Of a DNA stretch of 64,000 nucleotides, positions 13,131 through 26,149 are shown piece by piece; position 1 is the first letter of the stretch; every line of letters begins with the position of its first letter. This DNA comes from Octopus bimaculoides (taxonomy: Eukaryota). The position numbers and the translations under genes are program-made. The notes below the pieces were generated by a model that saw only the letters and a program-made list of their open reading frames with translations, was not told where the DNA came from and searched no databases. The DNA lies in assembly GCF_001194135.2 (NCBI RefSeq), contig NC_068984.1:292439-356438 (forward strand), written 5' to 3'.

Positions 13131-13183
13131 ACAGATAATACGCACCACTTGCCACTCACGTCTCTTCTATTTATGCGATACAG

Positions 13184-13307
13184 GAAGAAGAAAGCCCATC
13201 GAAATATTCGACTTTACCCATTATTATTGGGAAAAAATTGGCAGATTACCAGTCAGATGGTACCACCAATACCTTAAACAAGTATCTCTCTCGTTCAACT
13301 AACAAAG
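13184..13307 (+). CDS. ECT2: Probable ECT2 exon: EEESPSKYSTLPIIIGKKLADYQSDGTTNTLNKYLSRSTNK; internal (donor GTCAGT at 13308) or terminal (reads GQ-stop at 13313-13315)
   Basis: TCTCTTCTATTTATGCGATACAG acceptor. Phase 0 start fits exon 8321-8413. 41 open codons of unique sequence. Confidence 0.6.
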
Positions 13308-13835
13308 GTCAGTAAAGTATTTCTTGCTCTTTTCTTGTTTTTGTTGTTATACTTTCTTTATTATTTTTATGAGGAAAAATTGTATTTGTTGTTTGAATCT
13401 AGCCATCATCCTATCTCTTGTACAAATACATTCAGCTCTGTCACTCATACTTTGGAAAGGTTGGTGGGAGGGGGGGGGACTGTGATTTGAGGGAGATTTG
13501 GTTGCTATTTCTTGAAAGTTAGAAAACTAAAGGTCCTCATTTTTCACATTCATTGGAAGTGTCTGTGTTTGTGGCGTTGTATGTTTGTGTGATATTGTCT
13601 GATATCCAGTATGTGTTTAAGAAGACAAGACTCTGCTACCATTGGAAAAATGGATGTGCCTGATATGCAGAAAAAGAAGTTGGTAAAGACTCCTTACCAC
13701 TGTACACCATACACGGTGGGTGTTGTGGGATCAGAATGACAAAGAAGGTCGGATGTGGTGGGGGTTTTCAAAAGGCTTCCTAGAAATGGCTTCCTAGAAA
13801 TTGCCAACTTCTGCTGCCTCAGCCGATTTAATTAG

Positions 13836-14065
13836 CATGATTTACATTTGACGGATATTTTTTGTCCTCATCTTGTTTGTTGTTAACACGTTTCGGCTGA
13901 TATACCCTCCAGCCCTCATCAGGTGCCTTGGAGAAGTTTCAAACCTGGGTTCTCATTCCTAAGGTATTTTTCAATGTTATTGTTATTATTATTCAGGTCA
14001 CTGCCTGGAATCGAACTCAGAATCTTGGGGTTAGTAGTCCATGCTCTTAACCACTTCATATGCCC
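13836..14065 (-). mobile_element. tRNA-headed SINE-like element with (AAT)n linker and hammerhead-like 3' module
   Basis: Minus strand reads GGGCATATGAAGTGGTTAAGAGC...GAGTTCGATTCCAGG (A/B-box-like head), AATAATAATAAC, then GGCAC-CTGATGA-G-GGCTG-loop-CAGCC-GAAA-C-GTGTT. Confidence 0.65.
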
Positions 14066-15734
14066 GTGCTGAGGAAAATGCCACCCACTCATGCAAACAT
14101 TGTTAAAATGGTGATGGATACTTTTCGGACTCTTGCATCTTTACTGCACTCCTTGTTTCTCTCACATCCATTACTCATCCTCTCTTCTAGTCACTGTTCT
14201 GTTTGTCTGTTAGATGTGATTGGCTTTGTCTGCATTCCACCCTGCCTTCCAGCACTCTACTCATCCATCACTCTATTCCATTATGACGTCTGTATAACAA
14301 AGTATGTCAATTTGATCTCTCCTCTACATGGTCAACCCCTTTCGATCACCCCCTCCCCTCCCATGTTGCCCTTCATTGACATTCACCATCCTCTCTACCA
14401 CCACCTATCTTTGTTGCTCTTCTTCAGCCATGTAGCTATCATGCTCTCCTTTCCACTATTTACTCCCTTGTTACTGCCTCCCCCCCTCCATCATTTTTAT
14501 CCTGATACTCTCTCTCTCTTTCTTTTCATCAGCTCAGTCATCACTCTCTACTTCTACTGACTTCTTCTCACTCACTTCTACTGACCTCATACCTTAAGGT
14601 GCCACCTGGACACTGCATCGCCAATATTTATCTCTTTGCACCTACCATTGATTCATTTTTCAATCTCTCATCAATGAGAATAGCCATGTGGCTCTTCTCC
14701 AAGAACTTGCTCTGTTCCACCCTCTTCAAGCCCCCCCCCCCACTTGGCTTTCATAGTCTTGCATGCTGCATGGTGACCTCACTGGTGCTGGTGCCACATA
14801 AAGAAGCACCCAGTCTACACTCTGTAAAGTGGTTGGCATTAGGAAGGGCATCCAGTAATAGGAACCATGCCAAAGCAGACACTTGGACATGATGTAGACC
14901 AGCTAGATCCTGTCAAATGATACAACTCATGGCAACAGGCAACTTGGACATTAACTTGGTGATGATGATGTTGATGATGATTATATATGTGGTCTTCTGA
15001 CTTGTCATGGAGAGCAGTAACTCCAGAAAAGAACTTGCTTGGACTATGATGACTTTGTTAATCCATGCCAACATGGAAAGCAGATATAAAATGGTTAGAA
15101 TGTGTGTAAGTGAGTGTGTAGGTTGGTGAGCAAGATGGTTTTTGTCTGATATACAAAAATGCAGACATGGTCATGTGGTTAAGAAGCTTGTTCCCAACCA
15201 CAAGGTTTTGGGGTCATTTCCACTGCACAATACCTTGGACATGTGTCTTCAGCTATAACCCTGAGTTGACCAAAACCTTGTGAATGGATTTGATAGATGG
15301 ATACTGAAAGGAACCTTATATATCTATCTGTGTGTATGTGTGTCTGTACATTTGTGTTTCTCCAGAAATCTCTTGGCTACTGGCCAGAGATGGTGTTTCT
15401 CCTGTCAGTGGCTTTGTGCCTTCAAAGATGTTTCGAATAAGGTATTCCTTACTTACAAAACAAGTAACGATTAGCAACTGGTAGAGTATCCAACTGTAAA
15501 ATAATGTCTCAGTATTCATCGAACCCATACTAGCATGGCAAAACAGATGTAAAAGCAGTGTGGACGAATGAGACAGTGGGCATTTGAGCCTTTGTCCATC
15601 ATTATCATTGTTTTTGTGTCCACTTTTCCATGCTCTCCTATGACCAAACATGTTTTTATGGGAAACTGCGAGTGAATGGCATCATTTGTATGAGGGTCAC
15701 ACTCATTTACAACTAGAAATCAAAGCAAGGAGAT

Positions 15735-15781
<47 letters not shown>

Positions 15782-16136
15782 CATATGTTGGTGTCTTTCA
15801 GTTTCTGTCTCCGTGTTCCACTCAAAGGCTTTGCTTGACTCAAGGCACTTGCTCAAGGTGCTGTGCAGTGGGATTGAACCTAAAACTATGTGGTTGAAAA
15901 GTGAACTTCACNNNNNNNNNNNNNNNNNNNNNNNNNNNNNNNNNNNNNNNNNNNNNNNNNNNNNNNNNNNNNNNNNNNNNNNNNNNNNNNNNNNNNNNNN
16001 NNNNNNNNNNNNNNNNNNNNNNNNNNNNNNNNNNNNNNNNNNNNNNNNNNNNNNNNNNNNNNNNNNNNNNNNNNNNNNNNNNNNNNNNNNNNNNNNNNNN
16101 NNNNNNNNNNNNNNNNNNNNNNNNNNNNNNNNNNNN

Positions 16137-16174
<38 letters not shown>

Positions 16175-16536
16175 GTTTTGTTACCAATCTCAGGCTATTA
16201 TGACAGTTATATACTCAGGTTTCAAAGGGAAATGTTACTGTGTGTATTGGGTGTTGGTAAAGTGTGTGTGTGTCTGAGTGGATGTGTGTGGGAAGACCAT
16301 GTTTATATTTAAGCTTGGAAGAAATGTGTTTGCATACACTTACACTCGCATATGCGCTTGTGCACACTCACACATGCATGTGCACACGCACACACACACG
16401 ATGCTTATATTAGAGAAGGAAATGCCTATTGTGATACTAGATGTGTCCTTCAGGTGTTAAAGAGATACAGAAGGAATTAGCTTGAATGAAAGCCTGATGA
16501 GGAAGGGAGGAAGGGAGAGAGAGAGAGAGAAAGAAG

Positions 16537-16586
<50 letters not shown>

Positions 16587-17973
16587 ATAACATGTATTTA
16601 ATATCTATGTTGTAGAACTAAACAAACATTGCTGTCTTGTCTGTATCGACAACAAATGGCATGTCTGTGTTAATCTCCTCGGTGAAAGCCTGCCTTTAAC
16701 TGTGAGTGAATATCAGTGAAGTACTACTGAAAACTACCACAGTAGACACTAGTTGCTGTTGATGGCAACTTCCCAGCTCTTGTTTCCTTGCTAACAAATC
16801 TTTCTCTAACTGATCCATTACTAGTTTTCCATCAATGGAAAAAATCACTTGAAGCATCCATACACAACATGGTAATGTAGCCACCTCACAAACCTACCCT
16901 CTGGCAGCCACCCAAGCTTTTCTTTTTGACTGGCAGTTTTTCAACCACCCTTATTACAGAAGCTCTGTGGTGGAATAAAAGAAAAAAAAAAAAGAAACAA
17001 CAGCAGCAGCAGCAAAACAACAAGAACAACAAATAATAATAATAATAATTATAATAATAGGAGAAATGTCATGATTTCCCCTGGTTCATGTACCATTACT
17101 TTATTATTATTATTATCATTTCCTCATACCTCACCTATCATTTGTGATATTTTTCATTTGCTCTCATTAGAACACTTGCTGTGAACTAATTTACTTTCTC
17201 CTGGTTCTGGAATCACTGAAAGAATTATTTCTGCTCTTCATATTTCAAACACAAATATAAATGTTGTGCATAGAAAGATACGAACTCCGAAGATTTCAAC
17301 AACTTTTCACCACAGGTTTTGCTTTTATCTCTTCTCTTACTTTGGTTTTGACATCCAGTTTTCCCTCCTTTATACTTCTAAACATGGGCATTGTGCTATA
17401 TTTAGATATTTTAATGAACTATTGACAATGTTATATTTTTCCCCTCTGCAAACCAAATCTAAAGATTGCTATATTTTGGTGGTCATTTCTGAATAGTTTG
17501 GTCACTTATATTTGTCAGTGGGTTACATTGTTTGGTAAGAACTGACTGAGCTTCAGCTATGACACGCATTCTGTTCAGAGACTGTGCCTCTTTAGATTGA
17601 GGAAGAATTCACTGAGCTTACAACTCCATCAATATATATAAAAAAAATAATCATCTTCCATAGCAGGATGGGTTGGATGGTTTGACTGGAGCTGGAAGAC
17701 GAGGGAGCTGCATCAGGTTCCAGTGTCTGTTTTGGCATTGTTTCTGCAGCTGGATACCCTTCCTAATGCCAACCATTTTACAGAGTGTGAAGGGAGATGT
17801 TTAGAGATGAGAAGAGGTAACTGAAGCGAGTGATGGTGAGAGAAGCTGAAGTGGCTGGGAGTGGCGTTCATGGTAGATGTCTGAGGGTATGGAGAGGAGA
17901 GAGAGAGAGGAGGGAGCCTACAGTGGGTAGTAATCATGGGTAATAAGACGAGGGTCGGGTATGTATGTATATG

Positions 17974-19467
17974 TCATCATCATCATCATCATTGTTTAAC
18001 ATCTGCTTTCCATGCTGGCATAGGTTGGACGATTTGACTGAGGACTGGTGAACCAGATGGCTGCACCAGGCTCCAATCTGTCTATAGCTGGATGCCCTTC
18101 CTAATGCCAACCACTCCGAGAGTGTAGTTGGTGCTTTTACGTGCCACTGGCACGAGTGCCAGTCTGGCGGTACTGGCAACGGCTATGCTCAGATGGTGTT
18201 TTTCATGTGCCACCAGCACCAGTGCCAATAAGGCGAGAATGGTAACAATCATGCTCGAATGGTGCTTTTTACGTGCGACCGGCACAGAAGCCATTCAGCT
18301 GCTCTGGCGACAATCACGCTTGGATGGTGCTCTCAGCGCTCCACTAGCATGGATGCCAGTGATCGAACTTGGTTCGATTTCGATTTCACTTGCCTCAACA
18401 GGTATTCGCAAGCAGAGTTTAGTGTCCAATGAAGGAAAGGTAGACATAAGTGGGCTGGTTACACCCCTGGCATAGGTCTCACGGGTTATGGTCTCATTTG
18501 GTTTGCTGGGTCTTCTCATGCACAGCATATTTCCAAAGGTCTCGGTCACTAGTCATTGCCTTGGTGAGGCCTAATGTTTGAAGGTCGTGCTTCACGACCT
18601 CATCCCAAGTCTTCCTGGGTCTGCCTCTTCCACAGGTTCCCTCAACCGCTAGGGTGTGGCACTTTTTCACACAGCTATCCTCGTCCATTCTCGCCACATG
18701 ACCATACCAGCACAATCATCTCTCTTTTTCACACCACAACTAATGCTTCTTAGGTCCAACTTTTCTCTCAAGGTACTTACACTCTGTCTAGTATGAACAC
18801 TGACGTTACACATCCATCGGAGCATACTGGCTTCATTCCTTGCGAGCTTACGCATGTCCTCAGCAGTCACGGCCCATGTTTCACTGCAGTGTAGCATGGC
18901 TGTTCGTACACATGCATCATACAGTCTGCCTTTTACTTTGAGTGAGGGTCCTTTTGTCACCAGCAGAGGTAGGAGCTCTCTGAACTTTGCCCAGGCTATT
19001 CTTATTCTAGCAGCTACACTTTCAGTGCACCCTCCCCCACTACTAACTTGTTCACACAGATAGCGGAAGCTACCAACTATGTCTAGCTTTTCTCCTTGGA
19101 ATGTGGTAGAAGTTGTTCTCTGCACATTTTTAGTGTTTATTGCTCCTGAGCATCTGCCACATACAAAAACTATCTTCCCAGTTAACCTGCCTTTGATATT
19201 GCTGCACCTCTTATGTGTCCATAACTTACACTGGGTACATCTTATGGAGTTCTACCTACGCCTTTTCTACAGATCGAGCAGGGCCATCTACCTGAAGGGA
19301 TTTGTGGTTTGTCTGCCTTCCTACTTATTAGGACTTTGGTTTTAGCTAGGTTGACTCTAATGCCCTTCGATTCTAATCCTTGCTTCCACACCTGAAACTT
19401 CTCCTCTAGTTCTGATAGTGACTCAGCAATTAGAGCAAGGTCATCAGCATAGAGGAGCTCCCAGGGG

Positions 19468-19468
<1 letters not shown>
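17974..19468 (-). mobile_element. 5'-truncated RTE-clade LINE (RT C-terminal half, 3'UTR and (GAT)n tail), frameshifted
   Basis: PWELLYADDLALI at about 19425-19465, GSFRYL, KGRLYDACVRTAMLH.SETW, WYGHVARM, GRGRPRKTW. Frameshifts near 19250 and 18720. The 5' end abuts (TA)n. Confidence 0.92.
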
Positions 19469-19502
<34 letters not shown>

Positions 19503-20398
19503 TCACGCTTAGAGGGACTTTATAAGTCAAAACTACCAAAATAAGCACATATTTACCGATCGCGAGGTAAAAACTTTTAACTTAACTGGTTTCATAATTA
19601 ATACAGCAAAACTATGCAGTAAGCTGCATCTTTTATTCATCAGTGCACGTATGGTCAAGACACATAAAGAATAAACAAAAATCAACATACCCTGATGTAC
19701 CCAACACAGTACAATGACTCCTGTTCATCCTTATATATCCGTGAAAGAAGCGGGCTTTTCAAGTTACACTTCTGCAACACGTGCTTTTACAGAATAATAT
19801 TCAGCACTGAATATATTCTAATTATTTATAATATAATATAAGGATAAAATCTTTATAAGAATTCATCAAGTAGTCAGCGTCGCAAGGGAATGCAACTTTC
19901 AAAGCTAACACCTATTCCTCTGCATACATTTATGTATACAGATAGGCACTCCCCCCCCCACACAAACACACGTAAGAGCCCCTAAATACATATTCACAGA
20001 TGTGTGTATATTTGTATATAACTCCATACATACATGTACGCATTTATGTGTACGTACTCACCTATCCCTATATCCAAGTTTAGTTGGACATACAGACACA
20101 TTCTGATGTTGTATTCCATGGGACATATCTCGTCAAACTAAGCAATTGAAACAACACACCATAAAACCATATTAATGCAGCGATGATTTAATGCATGTCG
20201 TGTGTGTACTAATCAACTGGTTTGTTCATGCATATCTGTTGGAACAGCAGTCCGTAATTATATGTTCTTGTGCAGTCCACCTTTAATTGCATTAATGGTA
20301 TTGCAAGTCTACAGGTGTTGATTGAATGGACAATTTATTGTGCAACATATAAGTCAATGGGAAGCTTTGATAGCAATATCCTGTGTTGTTGTGCTTAG

Positions 20399-20428
20399 GA
20401 TGGTGGTGTGTTCATCACTCAGAAAGCA
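20399..20428 (+). CDS. Candidate 30-nt ECT2 microexon (DGGVFITQKA in phase 0)
   Basis: TTGTGCTTAG acceptor and GTAAGG donor in unique sequence. Length is a multiple of 3. No homology support. Confidence 0.2.
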
Positions 20429-20699
20429 GTAAGGACAGGCACACGTTTATGCCGGACAGCGAACGAATGCTAAAGGCCTGTAGTCAACCGTAACATTGCA
20501 ACGGAATCTGTTCCTCGCCATTCCTGCCCAACAACTTAAACTTATAGTCACTAACAACATGCTGTATTAAAACTGAGTAAAAAAGGGTTTATTTCATGAG
20601 AGACCCCTTATAAAATCACCTGACGAAACACTTCTGCACCAGTTGTACAGTATCCCACCCATGAGAGATTGATGTTGGATGGGTTGAAACGATTATTTT

Positions 20700-20995
20700 C
20701 CATTTTCCATTACCTGACTGGTCCTTATTTTAATGACCCTGAAAGGATGAAAGTCAAAGTTGACCTTGGCGCAATTTGAACTCAGAATGTGGAGACAGAC
20801 GGAATACTGCTCAGCATTTCGTCTGCTGATGTTTCAGTCATTCTTTTTTAATACAAATGCAAGGCCTGAAATTTGGTTCTGTTTGCAACAAAATGGAGAA
20901 ACGGAATCTCTTCAAAGAAAATTCTCTAATTACCAAAAGCAGCAGCTAAGCTACTACCATGTTGTCTGGTGTGCTAATGATTCTGCCAGCTCATA
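20700..20995 (-). mobile_element. tRNA-derived SINE with Deu/Nin-like domain
   Basis: Reverse complement of the GCCGAGGTCGACTTTGCCTTTCATCCTTTC...GGTC...TAAA family. Other copies at about 11830-12430 (three tandem +), 30000-30180, 31140-31560, 49285-49510(+), 56085-56280(-), 56955-57170(-). Confidence 0.7.
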
Positions 20996-21001
20996 GTCTT
21001 A

Positions 21002-21033
<32 letters not shown>

Positions 21034-21716
21034 CATTTGAATTCTGAGACCAAAGGTTGATTAGTGTAACAGTTATTCAGTTGAAATATATTTCACATTT
21101 AACCTCCATCGCACATTGCAGCTGCTAACATTTTCAGATCAATATAACTAGTATTTCTCTAAATAACTGCAAATTAACAGAATTTGCAATTGATCAAGTT
21201 TTCTGGCTGTTTTTTCTTCTCTCTTTTTCTCTTTGTTTCTCTCTTTTATTTCTTGTTTGTTTGTTTGTTTTCCAATTTCATTTCTGGCAAATATTGTATG
21301 AGGTGGCGTAACTTATCAAATTTGATCAGAACAGATGAGATGTGAGGTTAAACGGAATTGTTCCCTCACCTCGTCTATCACTCCCCTTCTCCCATCCTCA
21401 TTGATTGTGCTTTTCCTTCTCAAGATTCTATCAGCATTTTGTTCCAACACAAATGAAACCTTCTCCTCCCTATTTATTATTTTTTTTTACAACAAAATAA
21501 TTTCACATTAAATTTTAAATATGTTTAAAAATGAATATGAACCATTGAATGGTTTCAGCTGACTTTTATGGGAATTACATTTTGTGATAATGTGAATTGT
21601 AGTTGAAATGTGGTTGAAATGATAATAATGATGGAGGTGGTTTTACAATTGAGTTTGCAGTTAACGAATGAGGCTGGATGGTTCTGGTCGTTATGGTCGA
21701 GAGGATTTTAATTAAG

Positions 21717-21754
<38 letters not shown>

Positions 21755-22119
21755 AGTTAATGTTTGAATGTGTGAGGCTGGATGCTTTCTGCAGTTATGG
21801 TCGAGGTGATTATAATTAAGGCGTGTGTGTGGAGTGGTGGCTGAGGTGAGAATAGCAACAAACGAACGGTTGTCAAGGTGGTACCACACAAGGCAGTTGG
21901 AATACGAAGAGGTAAACAGTTCTTTCTAGTGAGGAATATCAGCCATGAAGAAGAATTCACCTTTGTCTTCACTGCCATTAATTGCCAAGTTCAATTTCAA
22001 AAGGGAAAATGTTGTTTCTCAAAAACCCAGGTGTTCAAAGTAATCTCCACTACCACCATCCCTATCCCCATCATCACTACTACACACATCTTTGTTACCA
22101 AAGATGCATCTACGTGGTT

Positions 22120-22530
22120 GCATCATCATCATTTAATGTCCGCTTTCCATGCTAGCATGGGTTGGCTGATTTGACTGAAGACTGGTGAACCAGATTGCTG
22201 CACCAGGCTCCAATCTGATCTGGCAGAGTTTCTACAGCTGGATGCCCCTCCTAATGCCAACCACTCCGAGAGTGTGATGGGTGCTTTTACATGCCACTGG
22301 CACAGATGCCATTTGTGTGACACCAGGGTGCTTTATACGTGTCACTGGCACGGGTGCCAATTTGTGTATCTGCCATGACACTGGTATCTGTCACGTTTGC
22401 GATTTTGCTTGGTTTGGTGGGTCTTCTTCTCAAGCACGGCATAATGCCAAAGGTCTTGGTCATTGCCTCCATGCTGCCCAACACTCGAAAGGAACTCAAC
22501 CACTTTACCTCCATGAGGTCCATGCTGTAA
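22120..22530 (-). mobile_element. RTE LINE 3' end inserted next to or into a mariner fragment
   Basis: (CAT)n TTTAATGTCCGCTTTCCATGCTAGCATGGG tail. Reading frame EAMTK...DLWHYAVLEKKT matches the end of the RTE ORF. Confidence 0.8.
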
Positions 22531-22534
22531 ATTT

Positions 22535-22795
22535 TTCCATCCATCTATGCTCCTTATTCTTGTCAGTGAAGTCATCTCCATTAACAGCTTGTGGTCTTCT
22601 GTGGATGTCAGACAACCTGAAGCCCTTCTTTGTCAAGAACTCAACAATGATGGCATGTTGCTTCTGAAGAACAGGAAGAAGAGTTACTATGGAGGGAGAT
22701 TTACTCTCACAAAATGTGGAATTGAAAGGATCTTTGTTAGTTAATAAAAAGATTAGGCCCACTTTTGCATAAATTTCAGTACAACCCTCATACAC
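22535..22795 (-). mobile_element. Mariner transposon 5' fragment (TIR and N-terminal HTH)
   Basis: TATGAGGGTTGTACTGAAA TIR-like start. KQHAIIVEFLTKKGFRLSDIHRR..AV.GDD...RWMEKF resembles the mariner N-terminal HTH. Confidence 0.65.
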
Positions 22796-23692
22796 TTATT
22801 ATCTCTGTAATGGAAATGGAATTGGATGGCATTTGGTCTACAGTTTAACATCAGCAGTGGTGATGGTGTGTGTGTATGGATAGATATATGTATATGATAT
22901 ACACATGCATATATACATATGAGCATGATGTTAATAATTAATTTTTGACCTCAAAGAAAATATCACAGACCATAAATAATTAACAAACTCATTAGAGCTT
23001 TGGACAGAATTTGTAGAATTAGGAAGAAAACAACAACTTGTGGTTAAAGTCTGTTAGATGTTACATCGATTGGTAAACATAGAGCTTATTTATTTGTTTT
23101 TTTTGGGGGCAAGAAAGCATTGAAAACTCCTGGCAAATGAAGGTCATATGACGACTAATTTAATTGTTTGTTATATAAATGGTTTACTGTCTGTAGAATA
23201 GTTATCTTGGTTTATCTGTCACGATAATGAGTATTAGACCAACATTTGTCAATAAAATTACTATATGGAAGCTGGAAGAAACCATTTGTATGTGTGTGTA
23301 TTCTACCTTGTCTTTGTGTGTGTTACTGTTCGTATAAATGGTGGTCCTTGCGAAAGCATGTCCATTCATGTTTTCACAGGGCCTCGATAGACAATGGGAA
23401 TCGTTACCTTTGTTAGAAACAAGGTGGGGTTTGCTATCAGGAAGGGTTTCCACTGAATATAATTTTGTGATGTCCAACAAGAACTTGAGACACAGGTAGT
23501 GGGTGGGTAGGGTTTACTTGTTAAATCTAGAGGAAGGGAGATTGGTCATTACCTTTGTAGCATCTCCTGCGTCTGTTTTAGTCAGTTGAGAATGGAACAA
23601 GACACAAAACAATGTCTTCTGTTCTGCCCCTCCACCAGCCACCTCACTTTCCATTTGACTTGATGTTTCACCATTGTTTCGTTTATCTGTAG

Positions 23693-23865
23693 TTGTTGTT
23701 GGTGATGGTCATGGTGGTTGGTTGCGTCAGAGTTGCATTCATCATCTGAGTCTGTGGGTTTCCCCCTGTTCTCCAAACTCACAAGTTTTCCAACCTAACA
23801 ATCACAATGTCATTCACTCAGGAAATGTAAAATTTTCCAACTCAACAACTGAAGATATTGATTGA
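23693..23865 (+). CDS. Candidate alternative terminal ECT2 exon (V)VVGDGHGGWLRQ...SNSTTEDID-stop
   Basis: TTTCGTTTATCTGTAG acceptor. Phase 1 is compatible with the donor at 13308, and the frame is open to TGA. No homology support. Confidence 0.25.
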
Positions 23866-23912
23866 GAGAAAAAGAACTTTCTAAACTTGAGAACAACATG
23901 GAATTTTCTCTC

Positions 23913-23959
<47 letters not shown>

Positions 23960-24343
23960 CACACACACACACACACACACACCCACCCACACTTTATGTT
24001 CGACATAGTCATCACTACGAGTTGAATGTGTCTCTTGGACAGCATGTCTTCACGCAGCCTTGTTTTCCTGGTTGTGTAACCCAAGTCCACATATGTATGC
24101 ACCAACTCACCCAACACTCAGCCACAGATATTTTTTACTGTCCTTTCTCCCTCCCACCGCCACCACTATCAGAAATATATTGACTAACCAGTGTGTGTGT
24201 GAGAGAGAAAGAGAGAAAAGGACATATTTAACAGACTCTTTGAGATGTTTGCTGTACATAATTGAATTTCTTATTTTCTTTTCATTCAATAGGAGAGAAA
24301 ACCGTTTCCAAAGACATTTCATTTTTACTCTTTTTATTTCCAG

Positions 24344-24404
24344 GGCATTTCGAAAGGAATACGCAAATTTACCACGTCTAGCGAACCTGAGAAGCTGGCC
24401 TTGA
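24344..24404 (+). CDS. Candidate ECT2 exon: GISKGIRKFTTSSEPEKLAL (phase 0), or HFERNTQIYHV-stop (phase 1)
   Basis: Strong TTTTTATTTCCAG acceptor and GTAAGG donor at 24405. A second in-frame acceptor lies 51 nt upstream (exon start 24293). Confidence 0.45.
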
Positions 24405-24534
24405 GTAAGGAAACAGTTNNNNNNNNNNNNNNNNNNNNNNNNNNNNNNNNNNNNNNNNNNNNNNNNNNNNNNNNNNNNNNNNNNNNNNNNNNNNNNNNNN
24501 NNNNNNNNNNNNNNNNNNNNNNNNNNNNNNNNNN

Positions 24535-24589
<55 letters not shown>

Positions 24590-25170
24590 AGGGTTAAATG
24601 GACTCAATATGGAACATTATACACACACAACACACACACCCACATATTAGATGGTTAAATCTAGTTAATATTGGTGGAACATCTTATATATAATGGTTTT
24701 GGTTAGTATTGATGGGACACACACACACACAACCACACATATATAATGATTACAGTTTGGTGTGCGTATATATAATTTGAAAAAGAAAGTTTTTAACATA
24801 CCATCTACTTATTGATACCAATTATTAATTGCATGTCTTTTTTATTTTTGTTTTCAACATCTGTGATTTGTTTTAGATTTTTTTTTCTAAATTATCTTGG
24901 CTTTTTTTTTATAACTTCTTATTGAATCATATGAGCTTTTTTTTAAAGATAAATTGCAAAATAAGTGACTGAAATTTTATATTTATGAAAAAAAATTTGA
25001 GATAATGGGGAGCAAAAAAAAAAGGCATGTTGACTATTTATTTTCAATATTGAATATCAAACACAATAATAACTTTTTCTATTTTTTTTCTTGGACTTAT
25101 TACCTCCCCTCTCTGTCTGCTGCCTGTCTGACTGATTTTGTTTTCTTTTTTTCTATTTCTCAATATCTCA

Positions 25171-25210
<40 letters not shown>

Positions 25211-26149
25211 GAAGCATATATTCCATGTGTGTGTGTGTGTGTGTGTGCACTTGCTTGCATGCACATGGTCCTAAATTTCCTCTAAAAAGTCTGTTAAACA
25301 TTTTTTTCTGCAGTAATCATTCTTGAGTCTAAATTAATAATGACATATATATGTCTGTATACTTTTCTTTTCACCATTTTACTTCCATTCTGCAAAAGCA
25401 GTTTGTTGCAACTTTTTACCTTATGTATCCATTTTTTGTTTAGTGTATTTTTTTTTTACTATCTATTATCTTGTTCGTTGGCTGAATTTGTTATCAAAGT
25501 TAATTTGTGTCCAGAGAAAAACCAAGACTTTTTAAGTAGAGAAAGAATGTACTTCTTGTGTTTTTATTATTCATTTATTTTCAAATGTTGTTTTAGCATT
25601 TAATTTCTTATTTCCAATCATTGAGAATTTAAAAGTTATTTACTCTATCAGTCTCCATCAGTTTTAAGCCTATTTACTCTTTTTCGTCATCTTCTCTTAC
25701 AATAGTATACACTCTCGAAATGCTACTGGTCTAACTACTTCTCATATTAAATCACTCTTTTTTTTCTCACTGGACCACCATACATTGGTGTGTGATATTA
25801 GAAAATATTTTGAGAAAGAAATCTAAAGGTTTTAGATTTCTTTACTACTTTCTGTTCTTGTCAAGACAAACTGCTAATATCCTTCTTCTTCTTCTTCTTA
25901 TCCCATTCTTTGTCTTTCAACTCAGCCCTGACTCTAAACTCTTCTCTCTTCTCCATCATCTGTAATTATTGTGTGTATATCTGCCATACTACTGTGTGTG
26001 TATATTTACCATACCAGTATGTATGTATGCACTTATACCATTGTGTATATTTCCTGTAATATTAAAGTGTCATTTGGTTAGGTTTTTTTTTCACAGTTGT
26101 TGTACAAATATTTTATGTTCCATTCTATTAAAATGTCTGTCGTATGTTC

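Noticed and set aside
16746-16870. Possible ECT2 exon TLVAVDGNFPALVSLL...HNM with GTAATG donor
   Set aside because: Weak acceptor, phase 0 does not fit the donor at 13308, and there is no homology.
23553-23782. Nested minus-strand mini-gene (MSLENRGKPTDSDD..., donor GTGAGG at 23647, 20-nt microexon 23572-23553)
   Set aside because: The acceptor lacks a pyrimidine tract, the spliced frame stops within a few codons at either downstream acceptor, and there is no homology.
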